The notes under the pieces were generated by a model. That model saw nothing but the letters and a program-made list of their open reading frames with translations, made no database searches and was not told where the DNA came from. The position numbers and the translations under genes are program-made. This document shows, piece by piece, positions 28,241 through 41,860 of a stretch of 64,000 bases of DNA. The DNA comes from Ascidiella aspersa (lineage: Eukaryota): assembly GCA_963924565.1 (NCBI GenBank), contig OZ004615.1:19592001-19656000 (forward strand), written 5' to 3'. Every line of letters starts with the position of its first letter. The stretch's first letter is position 1.

Positions 28241-28548
28241 CAGGGGTTCTTAACCAGGGGTACATGTACCCCTTGGTGGTACGAAGCACCAAAGCAGGGG
28301 GTACGGCATGCAGTGTGAAATTATGCGTTATTTTGGATATTTCTGAAGAATGCGTAATTTACGAAAAGCAACAACAACAAAAAACATTAGTAAATTGACT
28401 GCTTGTTTGTGTGTTGTAAATATTTTCTACAAGACTGTTTTAATGCATGCATTCAACACGTAGGTTATAAACCATTGTAGACAGGGGGTACGAGAAAATT
28501 TCATGAAAGCTCAAAGAGCACGAGCGCTAAAAAGGTTAAGAAACACTG
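28241..28548. mobile_element. hAT MITE
   Basis: Ends CAGGGGTTCTTAACC / GGTTAAGAAACACTG; perfect TSD CTTTAAAG. Confidence 0.92.
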
Positions 28549-29507
28549 CTTTAAAGGGTTACTATAAGGGGTGGTGAAAAACCATCGACGCCCTTGCATG
28601 CAGGAGAATATGATTTGAACCCATCCTCATAAAAATTGAAATATCTAGGTTCTATCTAAAAATGTTATAGCTTAGGTTTTTCCCAACCATATTGAGAAAC
28701 CTTAGTCGAAAGTGCACGGTCCACCGGAAACAGCTTTACGATCCACTAATTATATTACGTTGAATTTAAAATGCTCAGCCAGAATATGAAGCACACAGTT
28801 ACAATTTGGTGTATCTTACATCTCATACTATATAAGAAATAGAAATTGCGTAAGCCTAACAGTAAACTAGATCATATAGATAACATCTTTCGGGGCTAAT
28901 TACAGATTAAAAAAGGTCATTTGTTAAAAGGAATGGGTAGAGATAGGCGCATGAAAAACACTAAAACGATTGTCCTAGTTTGGGAAGTTAAGAACGGTTT
29001 AGAAAATTAATAAAAGCCTGTTATATGTAGGACCAGTCAGTGTGCCTATTAACGAAAGGTCACTGGATTAGAACACCACTTACAAAGTATACCCACAGCA
29101 CAAACGGGATAACAAATGTCACCGAACTGTAAAATTTTATCAAATATAAAATTAGAAGCCATCTGGCAAATAAGTTCCAGAATGACAAAGGTATACATTA
29201 GGTCGCTTTTTTTGTTCCGTAAAGAAAGATAAGTTATTACACCACCAGACACACCCATTGCGATTCCGGACGGCTGCCCATTGACATATCGATGGTACAA
29301 TCCCCTATCTCCCTGCCTTATATTCTGTAATGTCACTGGTCCATTTCACAATACAGGTCATCGCGTAATTGCCGTCGTCTGGCCCGAAATAGAGGATGCA
29401 TTGTCCTGTCTGTGGAGCGGCCCACAACAGATCGAAACACGCGAAAAAGAATTTGTGCCCCACAGCTGGATCGTCCTTGCGCGAAAGAGTTGTTTTCCCT
29501 CGTCTGC

Positions 29508-30129
29508 GTCAATGACTTGACTTCAGCGCACGTAATTGACTGCTGTCAAATGATTTGACTAGACTAAAGTCATTTGGGCCGAATTACTAGACCTAAGTCT
29601 TGTAGGCAAACCTACTCGACCTAAGTCTTTTGGATTTAAAAATATGACTTGACTTGTGCAACTTATGACTTTTGACTGGATTCTTATTCAAAATAACTTA
29701 AGTTAGACTATATTTAACAGTATCGTAAACAAGTCATTTTGAAATATATTAAGTCCCAGTCAAGTCATAAATTAGAGCAAATTAATTCCAAGTAAAGTCC
29801 TTATAGACATCTCCATCTAATTTATGAGTACCACTTCAACTAAAAAAAAATAGCACAATACAGCAAGCAACTTGTTTTATGTGCAAATATAAGAATGAAC
29901 ACCCAAAATGAATACAAAAATTCTTAATGAAAACACTCTGTTTAACCCAAGTGATTTGTCTAAAATACTTAGTCAAGTCAAGTCATTTTGTTCAAAAGAC
30001 TTAAGTCAAGTCAGGGCATTGGAAAACAGTGACTTAAGTGCACATTGACGTAATGCATTATAACAGTGTATTTTACAAATGGCCTGACTGGAACATAAGT
30101 TATTTCAAAATGACTTGTTAAGAACCCTG
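29508..30129. mobile_element. GACTT element with an inverted copy of the same family nested inside (29718-30068)
   Basis: Motif polarity switches GACTT to AAGTC to GACTT. Inner ends CAGTATCGTAAAC / TTATAACAGTG, flanked by TATTTAAC/TATTTTAC. Confidence 0.6.
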
Positions 30130-33127
30130 CTTTGTTTTGTTAAATATGCGATTGACAAGTAAACCGGCGAATGTTTGCCGAAAGAAAGGCGCTAAACTTC
30201 TCCAAATCCTCTGGGCAGAAAGTTGCTTGTCAAAATTATCAACTGATAAAAAAGAAACGTGACTTGCATGGCAAAACAAAACAGCTAATAACTATAAACC
30301 TCTGTCTGTGAAAAAACACATTGAAATTCTGGTTGGTTTTGTATTAATTAACATAAAATCTAACATCGCGCCATCTCATAATTATGCAAACCTTCGCGTA
30401 AATAAATCTTAACTATAACTTTTTCATAGATGCATTTTGATGTGAGTCGTTTTGTTAAACATAAAACAGCTTCAGACTTAAACGGTTAGGAAAGCCCATA
30501 GCAAAACAAAAACAACAATACCGAAACTCGGTATAAATTTGCAGGGTTGATAAATAAATATTTTAAGGCAAACCTCGGCCAAAAATTAGCTGTCGGCATT
30601 TTAAATTGCCTTTCAATTAATCGCATTTGCTTCCCCTGTAGCACACGAGCGGTGCAAATAACAATAATAATGACATTTTAAGGCACGGATTAAAATTAAC
30701 GATGAACTTTATGCGACCTAGGTGACGAGACGAAATAGCCGGTTACACGGGATAAAAGGCAGTATTCAGTATACTTATGTATTGTATGTAAATATAGCTG
30801 ATACTTAATAATACATGAGACCAACATCCATTGTAGGGGGTGAGATATACTGAATTTACTACCACAATTATACGTTGCCTAGATGTTTGGACGTTGGGCC
30901 AGAGGATAAACAACTCCTGCCCTGTACTAGACGTGATGTTAACTTTGTAACTGCTGCAAGGAATCCAGCTATTTGCAACATTAATTCTTAGTGTTTAAAA
31001 CATGTCAATTTGAAACGACTAAGTCACAGTCCAATAGATTGCGACAAATAGCTAGTTAAGCACAGTCCAAGCCATTGTCATGCCAAGTGGAATCCAAGTC
31101 ACGTCATTGTCTTTTAAAAAATATGTTAAACTTACAAAATTATTGAGCTCGGTCCATTCTCAGCAATATTGCACATAGAAAAAAACAAAAAAAAACGAAT
31201 CAAAACGCAAGTTAACATTTTTACACTAAATAGTACTTGACGAACGTAACCCAAATTTACCAAAACGTCGATAGCAGCACTTGAATTTTAACCAAATAAT
31301 TTTCGTAAATCACTTAAGTTTGGGTCAAGTCAGTGCTCAGTACAACAGGATAACATCTATAAACGGGAGATCCGTCATTTTTTCGAGGACTTTTAAATTA
31401 ACGTTGGCAAAACACAACTAAAAAAACGAAAAATGTTAACTAAAATACTTAACAAATGGAACATGGTATTTAAACGAATGTAAGTGGTAGAGCATTTTGG
31501 ATACTTACGAAATGCACTGTACATACTACATACTACTATGAACTTTCCGTGATGTTTTACAGACGGCAAAAGTGAACTCACTTAATCTAGGCCTTGCTCC
31601 CCGCGTAGAAGTTCCTTAAAGTCCATCATCGCGCTAGACACGGACCGGCATCTTTACACGAGTTTACAGTGCACAACTTAAAACGGCAGTTACAAAAAAA
31701 CTACCCGTTGTCACTAAAGTAACCACTTGTTTTCCTATGGAACAGACACAAATTGAAATCCGTTTGTTTTAAACAAATGCACGCTGCTCAGTCGGAAAAT
31801 GCATAAACATAACCCAATCTGAATAATAAGTAGTACAAGTACAACACAGTCCATGCTTCCTTGGCGAATGATAACTCAACTTTATTAATCATACTACGAC
31901 ATGTTCAAAAGAAATAGTGCACTGGTAATTGTAGAACCTCTAACCCGCGAAACTAGCGTTCAGGTCGAGATAATATATAGTAAATAGTTTGAAGTTGAAC
32001 AAATTCGAGTATCGTTTGACTTTAAGATATCTCAGAGAATCCATATAGTTCGGTAGGCTGCACAGCTGTTACTGTTTCGATTTTCTACAATTGGTCTAAG
32101 CCAACTATTTTTTGTTTTCTATAACAAAGCTTATCGGCTGTCCTTTTCCAAAAGCTCCGTGTATATGTTTGCACATGAAACATTCCCTCAGGTATTTCTT
32201 GTCATTTATATATAAAATCTCACAATCTTCTCTAAAGTTTGGCGGCTGATGTTACTGCAACACACTAGCATTGCACATGGTCATTACGGGTTTCAAATTT
32301 TGGGAATGCCTTATGCCAGACTAGCGCAAAGCCTAATACGCGGAAAATCCCTGCTGTTTTTTCTTATTGAAGCCAAGTTAAAGGAAACTAACATAACTTT
32401 AAACCACGGGTTGTCGGCTGGCATTAAGCGTGGCCTCTTTAATAAAAGCGACAACCTGCTGCGAAACAGTAGGTCTGCCCAAAACTCCGTGGTGGTCAAA
32501 AAGCGGTCGGCATTTAGGGCGAATCACTCTTACAACAGTCACGGGCCACAGCATTAGTCTATGTCAAGTGCCACACTCGGGCAGGGCTTAAGTTCTTAAC
32601 AGTTTCAAACTCAAGCTCTCGGCGATTTTTTGTTGCCACCAACGTTTTCCGCAAATTTTACGGGGGGGGCCGAGTGCACAACATATCGATTTCGCGATTT
32701 CTGTTAAAACAACAGCACATGAAATAGTAAAGCTTAGCGTTTTACACCTAAAGGTACCTACAGTTTTTCGAATTTCTCGATTTTGTCGATTTAAAAGCGT
32801 TGCGCAAACCTTAATAGCAAAAAAGGTTCTATTAAAGACACTGGTAAGAATCGAATACAAAGCACAACATCTGTGCTAAAAAAACGTATATCCAATAAAT
32901 GATTATAACGCAAATTATCAGCACGGCCTTGGAAATTATGCGCATATATGCGAGAAACTAATTCGGGAATCTGAATAGCATTTCTAAGAGCGTAAGGTAC
33001 ATAACAAAACTAACCTTTGCTAACTACCTTACACCTGATTCCATCCAGCGCCTTTTACAACTAATTACAACGCAATTTTAGCAAAATCGCTCGGGCGTTT
33101 CTCGACCTAAGCATAATATGCGCTTAC

Positions 33128-33308
33128 GGGGAAACCTGCCTAGTGCCATTTCAGCACCTAGAGAGCGGCTGTCATAGCCCTGCTGACCAGCAACTCGCAA
33201 ACCGGCTGTCGACTGGACATTGACTGGACACGCGACAACAAGCAACAGCAAAAGCACGTCGCCATACTTGTCCGAAAGTCTGGCCACCCGCCCTTGGCCA
33301 GAACGCAT
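33128..33308 (-). CDS. Candidate alternative first exon (MRSGQGRVARLSDKYG...MALGRFP)
   Basis: ATG at 33308, 60 open codons + 1 nt to donor CCC|GTAAGC (phase 1), inside a GC-rich island. Confidence 0.3.
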
Positions 33309-35056
33309 TTCGGGCACTCGTGTTTGAACACAGAGGCCAGGGCGGGCGCGCGGCGCGACGAGAGATATTCAATAATTACAGACCACCGCCAAAGTCTGGA
33401 CGCAGGCAGGATCAGCGCGGAGAAGGAGCGACTGTTTCTCTTTGAGCTTTTGGGAGAAGCGAGCGCGGAACTGACCGAGAGTGGCGAACGACCTCCGCCC
33501 GCCTTTGGGTACTCCAAAATTCCCGTCGCTCTCTCTCCAGCGAACAAGCAAATATGACTGAGGCCGGACGGATGGTGGGTCGCGGCTGGCCTTCGAGCAA
33601 ACAGCAACGCTGCACATGACTACCATACATTTGAGATTTAACCGCTGAAAAACTCAAGCCTGCCAGATTCTTCATAATCATAACCGCTTAATATATACTG
33701 TGGAAAATCTTAATGAAAACTAAAGCGGGGCAAACAGAGCCAGGCCCGCGCACAGAAAAGATACATAATTTATGATTGGCAAAGTGTTATTGTCGCTTGC
33801 TGTCGAAGAAACTTGGGACAGTAAGACCCCTAGCTTGACAAAAATCTCATTTATGCTATCTGGTTTTAGTTTGAAATCAAATGAACCATATACATTATAC
33901 TGCGCATTTAAACCGTATTGACCGGCGGCTGTAACCTAAAATGATTACAATATACACACGTGAAACGTACAACTGATGCCATAATGGAAAACAGGTTTAC
34001 AAAAATTCGTTTTAAGTAATTTAAGCAGGCTCGCTTAATACCCACGATGTTCCGTCAGCTCTAGTTCAATATTAGAGTGATATAAGCGCCTACTGCGTTT
34101 CTAACAAGAACGGATGAAAGTCATGATTAAAGTGCATAAAGCTATTCCAGGGTGCGAGCTACGCACTATTCGTCTATACTACAGTACACCTAAATCCAAA
34201 AAATACTAATCTGTGCAACATTTACCATATATATGTTGGCCTTATTGCAAATTTTTTGAGTCGGTGGAAAACACTCTTGGGGATTATAGAATAAGGCTAT
34301 TTAGCAAATCTTAATTATACAAAAAATTTGGCCGTTTTTATTGGGAAACTTAGAAAAGCTGTTTGGTTCTTCTGCTGCTGCAAGTTTTACTTAAGACCAT
34401 TTTTCACAAGTTTTCCTTGTCGTTGAATACTATTATTAAAACTTTGATTCGTGGTCCAAGATTTAGATTTTAGATAGCGTAGGTTTTCTCTTTCTTGAAT
34501 CATACATTAACGATGGCATTTAAGCACACAACGATACAGAAAGTTGCTAAAGGAAAAATAGGGAGTTAGTTTGAAATATTGTCAGGGCCTGAAATCTGTT
34601 TGGTAGCTTTTGGGGCAACATTGTAGGCACGTGTGTTTTCTTCTGGGTGGTTAAGGCATAAATTAAATTGAGGGTTAAATTTCATCTGCAGGGGATAAAC
34701 AGAAAACAAGAATAGAACCCTTTGAGAACACGATTTGGGCTTGGACTTAAAAGTTGCCCGTCCACTTGGATTGGATATTGCGCGAGGCTACAGCATGGGA
34801 GAGGCTTAACCCAACGAACAAACGCAAGCCAAACCAGCTCGATCGCGTTTCGGCGAATTCCGAACGACGGGACAAGGCAGCGAAGCTCGCTCCGAAAAGT
34901 CCAGCACACAAATGCCCAACACACACACAGGCACGCGCAAAATGAGCGCACACACTCCAGCCCGGCATAAGCGAACCCTCTACTACACGGTAAAGAGTTT
35001 ATCCCTAGCTAGCGCGGAGGCCGTAACGCGACACATACGCGCCCAGTTCGACTTAC

Positions 35057-35138
35057 AGCAACCAGCAGCAGTCTGCGTCGGGCGACCCGCCGCTAGCCAG
35101 CGCCCGCCGCCAGACGACTGTCCACTGTCAAGTTGCAT
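35057..35138 (-). CDS. Candidate alternative first exon (MQLDSGQSSGGGRWLAAGRPTQTAAGC)
   Basis: ATG at 35138, 27 codons + 1 nt to donor GCT|GTAAGT (phase 1), inside the CpG island 34750-35480. Confidence 0.25.
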
Positions 35139-36591
35139 TGCCAGACGCCGCGTGTGTGCGTGGAGCGCGCTGGCAAACGCACAGGTGGCCGTGCGTGACG
35201 GCCCTGGGAGAATAAAGAAAGGCGCGCGTCTGCGGCCAGCCTTGCTCCGCTACAAGCCAAACACACGAACGGCCGACGGCGGAGAGGGCGCCCGTCACAT
35301 CAGAAAGGCGAGCCTTGCTGAGCACTCAGCAGCCAGGCATCGAGCCATCAGGCCAGCCAGTCCGTCAACTTTGTTTGGGCCGGATTAGGTTGCCCGCCGC
35401 TTTGTGTATGCGACGGGTGTGCCTGGTACCTGCAATGATATCGCTGACAAGGGTCCGCGACGCTGCGGCCTCTCGCGCCCCGATTTTCCTTTACAAATTT
35501 TTGGCATTTCCACTTAGAGTTTCTGCTGTATTGCGAATTGGTATTTGGTACACCTTTTCATTAAAGAATTTCAATAAATGCGGTTACCCAAAGTAAAACT
35601 TTCACGGAATAAGGTTGCAAACGATTGCCGTCATACTAGGCTCAGCCCTCAAGCTACGAGGCAACTTTTGGCACGTTTTCTTCAGCTCCTAACACTTTTA
35701 CCGAATTTTACAAATCCTTATTAAATATTGAATCCATCAATTTGCCTACTGTTTTAATGTAGTGTTGGTCATTTCTTTGAAAAAAATCAAACTTTTTTCG
35801 TATTTAATCCATGGATCGCGGGATACGCTACTTTACCCAATTATGGAGCTTGGTTATTTTTCATTTGCGAATTTTGGATCGACTTTTAACCGTTTATCGG
35901 GCGTTTGTCCGAGAAATCAATTCTCTACGTTTAAGCGCGTTTCGTGCTACCCCGCTGAGGGCACTTGGCGCAGAAAAGTCCAAGTCAAAATAGCTTGGGA
36001 ACTGGTTGCAAACAATAGACAACACAACAGCAATCGTTGACCCGTTACCCTCAGCCCCAGTGAAATAAACGGTTTGCCATTCGCCCTTTTTGAACCAAAC
36101 CCTTTCAAGGGTCAATACTAGCGAATCCGATTTCATGTTAGGTTTTCGCAGCAGGCCAGGCCCGGCACTGAGAAGTTAATTAAAAGCGGTTTCGCGCCGC
36201 GTTTAATATTATAATTGTTTACGGACGACAGACGGGCTACAAAGATGGGCGTGAAAATACTTAGAAACGCCCCTTTTGGTTTAATTTTTATTAGAGTTCA
36301 AAAAACAGAATTCGCGACAACTCTCAAGGAAGGACGGCTGGATAACCCCGAGGCGAAGTCAATTCGGAATCTAGTTTTAAGGTTGTGCAGTTATTCAAGG
36401 CGACATGTGCGCGCATTCAACGACCGGTATAACGATTAAATTGCTCGTATTACAACTTCCGTGTTATATTACAAACTTTAGGTTTTTTTAAAGAAACCAG
36501 GGTGTTAAAAGAAATTGTCGGGTTTGACAACAAGCCTAGCGCGTAATAAGCCTTGTAGCAGCAATTTGTCAGGTATCATACCAACAGTGTT

Positions 36592-36681
36592 CTGTCCACC
36601 TAGAATTACAACCCCAAGCCTGACCCAAGTCTAACCCCAACCTAACCCTGACTCCCTATGGGTATCCTGTTAAGTGGACAG
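36592..36681. repeat. 90-bp inverted-repeat element with a degenerate (CCTAAC)n core
   Basis: CTGTCCACCTA / TAAGTGGACAG enclosing CTAACCCCAACCTAACCCTGAC. Confidence 0.6.
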
Positions 36682-37295
36682 CAAAAGATAGAAGAAACCT
36701 TATTTCCGATGTTTCGTAATAGCACACTCCCTAAAATACGGAATAAAATTAAGGTTAACTTATTAGGATAATTATAAGGTCTTATCTCGCTAAGTAATTG
36801 TAACATTCCTTTTTTCAGTAAGAGGGTCTTTGTTTTTATTTTTTACGTTTATGATTGAGAAATACGCTTGGATCTAGAAATTTGCTCAGTACAATAGTTT
36901 GTCAACAGGTGTTAATTGGCGGGAGTTTCGTAATACTGATATAAGTTAACCCAATTAACGTTAGTGTCCTTAGCTGGTTTACCTTATGTTGTGTAATAAC
37001 TAATAAGCTTTGTCTCAAATATTTTCCAATTGTTACCACAATATTGAAGAAAATAGTTTTTAATTGACTATTATAGAACCAATTGTGTAAAGCAATATAA
37101 AGCATTGTAATTTAGCAAAAAAGTCAACAAAACATATGGAAAGTAAAAGCTATTTTCTCTAACACACTTGTAAACTAATTAGTAATATCAAGCAATACCT
37201 TTGAATAAAAATAAAATAAAACAATGCAATCTCTTGTTGTTTGAACAAATGTCCTAAGAAGTTGATCATATTTAGTCAAACATAAAAAAATATGA

Positions 37296-37440
37296 ATACA
37301 TTTTCTATATTTTAATTTTAAGATCTATTTTAAATACAATATATCTAAATGTATTTTCTGTATTTAATTCGTTACATATATTTTAAATACAATAGGTCTG
37401 AATGTATTTTCTGAATTTTGTTACAAAAATCTATTTCACT
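37296..37440. repeat. AT-rich tandem repeat, about 55-bp unit x2.5
   Basis: TATTTTAAATACAATA..TCT.AATGTATTTTCTG repeated. Confidence 0.65.
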
Positions 37441-39157
37441 AGATTAGAATTTAACAATGATTTACCATTGAAATTAAGTGAAAAATAAAGGCAATTATCC
37501 ATCTAATTCAAAAGAGGCTCTTCACTAAACTATCCAATGCTAAATAACATAAAAAAAATAATTTATTAGACATATTGATGACGTTTAAACCGATCAATTA
37601 ATAATGGCAAAGCTCATATAAGAAAAGTATAACCAACATAAATTCTCAGTAAAAAAGGAAAACCTTCATGTAGAACACATTGAAGTCCTAAAAACATAAT
37701 TCTACTTCAATAACAATTGAAGTAGAACGTTTTGTTTTATCGTAATTTCGTAACCTTGACAAATAATATCAATCTCTTTTAAAGTTTAAACAGTTCCTGT
37801 CTGTCTGAACTATACCTGGAGGACCCGTACTAATGTCAAATTATTGCCTAGTATAAATTTTTAAAGATAAAGAGGGATTCGTAAACTTTTAAAATGATAC
37901 CTAATTCTGTATGGGCTTTGATATTCTTACTACGTCTTACTACAACCGCCAACCATCATGCTCGGTCGCAAGGTCGCCAAAACTTTTGCCGCGCACCAAA
38001 CAATTGCAACTCTCCCAGTACAATTCAAAACAACTTGAGATACAACTAAGTTTTTTTTCGGCACTGCTGCGTCTGGCCGTTATTCGGACATTTCTCCTTA
38101 TTGAAAAGCGAAAGTCGCCCAATTGACGATGCCTATTGAATAAGGTTGTGGTTTTTTTCTGCCATCACAGCAACTGTTCGGCGCTATACCAGCCAATAGA
38201 CAAAGCGAAAGGCGAGAATTCGTTTTTAACAAGGCGATTTGCGCAGCCTTACCAAGTTAAGCACTAGGCTTCAGTTAATAACAACACGATGCAAACAATT
38301 TAAACAGACCTATGACAATATAACCTAATGTTTATTGACACCATCATAGAAAAGTGTTCATTTTATTTATATTTCAATCGATAGCTTGGCTATTTTTGAA
38401 CATTTCAACTAAACTGTATTGTTTGTCGATTAAAGCCTGACAATACTTATGTTAGTAAACTTTGGTCAATTGTTACGTTTGTTACGAATCAGTCAGCGAA
38501 AAAGAACAACGTACACCGCATCTTCAGGCATAATATTACAACAGCTCGCGATACTTTTTTCGTCAGATACACTTAGCAAATGATGTGCGGAAATTGTCAA
38601 GTGCAGACAGGTTGATTAAAATAACTAGTTCGGAATTTTCATCAAAGTCAAGTAACTCGGTAGGTTGCCAACATCTCAGGATTTGCCTAAAAAGCGGCAA
38701 AACGACTTGGCAGTTTAACTGACTGCTACTTAAATATGGCTGCGATCCAACAAAATGGCCACCGCTGAAAAAACTGTCTCTGTGCATCTCTCGCTGCTGA
38801 TGTCACACGGATTCTACTATAGGTCGTAGTAAATCTTTTGGGCTGCAATGGCACAAATACGAACAGGTAAGACTGCAACCCTCCAGCAATTTGCGCCACT
38901 GGAATATTATAAAAGTATGAGCAATCTCATTGTTTGCACATGGTCGCCCTGGGCTTAAGCTGGTGTTGTAGTTAAGTCTACGTCGTTATGCGGTTGAAAG
39001 TACAAGTCCTTACACTTATAGATATACCTCATACAACAATTGTGCCAACCTGTATATGTAACTGAAATACGGATTATCAGAGCTCTCGTATGGATAAGCC
39101 TATCTGAATAGCAAAGCAATGTAGGTTTGCGGTCAGTAAAATATAAGATTTACTTAC

Positions 39158-39200
39158 CAATGCGAAACTGCTGTGGTTTCTCTTGTTTTCGTCGCGACAT
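39158..39200 (-). CDS. First coding exon of a SALL/BCL11-type zinc-finger repressor (MSRRKQEKPQQFRI, NuRD-binding motif)
   Basis: ATG at 39200, 14 codons + 1 nt, then donor TTG|GTAAGT (phase 1). MSRRKQxKPQ matches the N-termini of SALL, BCL11, ZFPM and ZNF423/521; KPQ is closest to SALL/BCL11. Sits in a CpG-rich island (39180-39730). No zinc-finger exon found in the window, so the family member cannot be fixed. Confidence 0.88.
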
Positions 39201-40309
39201 ATCATCGGCTGCAGGTCCAATCGCCGCTCGTACTCTCCCATTACAACAAGCTGATATAGAAGCCAGGCAAAACCAAGCAGCGGTGTAGACTGTACTTGAC
39301 TTTACTGGCCAGCGATGTGGCTCGAATTTAAGCAGACTACAACATTGTACACTAGCACACAGGCCTCCGCTCTTTCTCTCTATCTCCCTTTCTCTTGCCA
39401 GTTTTTGTTCTTCTACTGAGGCTGACCGCGCGTAGCTAGCCAGTAGACGCTCCTCCGCCTCCTAAAACCAACCGGTCGACGGTCGCTGCCGTCGGTTTGT
39501 TTATTGCTGGCCTCGAGCCCCTGACGCGTGTGTGCGCGCAGAGCTGAGACGGCTGGCAGGCAAGTTCAAGTGCGTCCCTACGCCTCAGGTTGGGCTGGAT
39601 GTATGTAGCGGCTACGTGCCGCTGGGCGACCGCGTTTCACCGCTTCGCCGAGCTGCCTTTGGGACGCGCTTTTGCCTCGTCGTAGCCTATAACGCGTTGC
39701 TGAAGGCTGCTTCTCGCCGCTAATTGCGCCCAACTACGTTTTGGTCCATGCGCTTATTTCACAAGGCTTGCTTAAAGCTATTAGATAAAGGCGTTCTTCT
39801 AAGCTTTTTAATTATAAGATTTTTTACCAATTGTTATTTACACAGGTAATGATTAAAGCGCGGATCAAAACGTTTGTCATTCTAGTAATACTACAATTTT
39901 GTAACCTTGAGAAAAATAAACGTTTTTTTAGTTATTCTTTATTTCAACGTTGCTATGAATACAATACGCTCGCATAAAAATGTTTTATAAACGGATTACA
40001 TTAAAATCACTTATAATTACTGATTTATCGTGTGGGAACATGGTATAAGTGAAAATTTACAATGTAATCCAACCTGATGATATGTACAGGTGTGGAAGAG
40101 TAGTGACTTTTAGGTGGTGTAAGAAAAATCAATTAGTGACCACCGTTATTACAACTTTAATCAATAATTTGACTAAAGTACATGACTTGCTTATAGGTTT
40201 CTGAATCAAATTTCATTTACTTTAACTGAGTTTGTTGGGGCAAATGATTTTTGACTTCATACTTGGAAGTCATTAAGGCAATTTCCTTGAAATATTTTAG
40301 ACTTTGTAG

Positions 40310-41860
40310 CAGTGTTGTGAACAATTCGTTCTAAAATAACTTAAGTCTCAGTCAAGTTATTTGCAAAACATAGGCCAAGAAAAGTCATTTAAAAACAGTG
40401 ACTCAAGGGTACCTAAATTATTATAATTATTTTTTTATAATTATGTTTAACAATATTTTGTTTGTTTAAATTTATTTTATGGTGTCAATGACTCAGCTTT
40501 TAATACAGCACTTAACCTTATAATTTTGGCTTCGATTACGTTTAAATTTGTTTTTTGTGCCTACATAAAAAGGGTGGAACACTATTACCAAAAATAGCGA
40601 CTTGACAAAATTGTGGAATGCTACCACCTTGATCAATTGCTTCGCAGTGCTTACTCATTTGATTCTTATTATAGCCATAATTTACCTTTAAGGTTTTTGG
40701 CTGGAAAATGTCTGCGTTGTAATGGCTTTAGTCGATAATTTATCTTAAGTGCACTAAATCACCCTTTTAAATGACTGGATTAGTTGATTAATATATTTCT
40801 TGCAAACCTGCCCACAGACGTTGGTAACATATAGGGCACATTTATCTCATCTGTTGACTTGACTTATAGCCTATTTGACTTCGCAATGACTTTAAATTGA
40901 AATAAATCACTTAACAAATTTACCGGACTTCATAAGTCATTTAGTCGATTGACTTACTGTTTAAATTAAAACTATTTTTCGCAATTAGTTATTTACCTTT
41001 ATTTTTATGCGTAAAAATGTACGTGTTCTTTGTTTTGTTTTCGGTCATAACTAAGCGAAATGTTGCTCGGAATGGATTAAATTTACAAATGATAAAGGTT
41101 TACTATTTATTTTCGATGGCAATGTTTCGTCTTGTATTAACTTTCTATGGTAATAATGATGACTTGGGTGGTCAGTGACTTGGACTAAACCTCACTGGTG
41201 TGTCGCATTGCTTTCGCAAGTATTTCGACGGAAAACGAGCCTAAAAATCAATGTTTTGTAGACTCAGAAACTAGTTTAAATTTTAAAAATACTTTAAGGA
41301 CACCCAAGGCAATCTATTTTTTAAGATAGTGCTATCATTTGCTTAAAAATATACATTTGTTATTTTGTGCCCAAATTTGTTAATTTTTATTACTTTGAGA
41401 TTAAAGAATTTTAACTTCGAGCCTATCGGCAACTTAAGGTCCTGGACAACAGATTGGTTGGAGCCACAGGATTTTCTCATCACGAAATGTTCCTTTTGTG
41501 CGAGCAGCAGCAGCAGCAGTGTTTTCAACGTACTTCACTTTGGCACGTCTTTACGGCGAAATGATTTTGACTTCAAGTGTTTTATTATTATTTATTTCAT
41601 TAAAAGTGGGTTATTCTTAATTTGTTTTCTAAATGTTGATTTTTAAAAGCAAAATACCTCGATTGCTGCTTTTTGTTTGATTTTGATCAATGCCAAAAAA
41701 GAGTGGACTTGTTCCGATTTTGTAAGTATAAAATTTATTTTGGCAATGATGCGTCGATTGACTTGCTTTTTCAAAGACTTTGGACTAGGACCGTTAAGTT
41801 GTTTTTCGAAAGACTTCTTTAGTAATTAATTCTTTTCAATAGGACCTGTTTATCACACTT
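40310..41860. repeat. Decayed GACTT-family remnants
   Basis: CAGTGTTGTGAACAA at 40310 (inverted, internally deleted); forward left end near 40713; scattered GACTT motifs to about 41860. Boundaries approximate. Confidence 0.5.

Noticed and set aside
29049-29336. ORF with QPSGIAMG and ILEL...QFGD, reminiscent of PLE reverse transcriptase
   Set aside because: Motifs are in the wrong order and no catalytic DD motif follows.
34912-35388. 158-aa + strand ORF, and similar long ORFs at 510-977, 33158-33607 and 10066-10452
   Set aside because: GC-rich islands are poor in stop codons; no domain or splice support.
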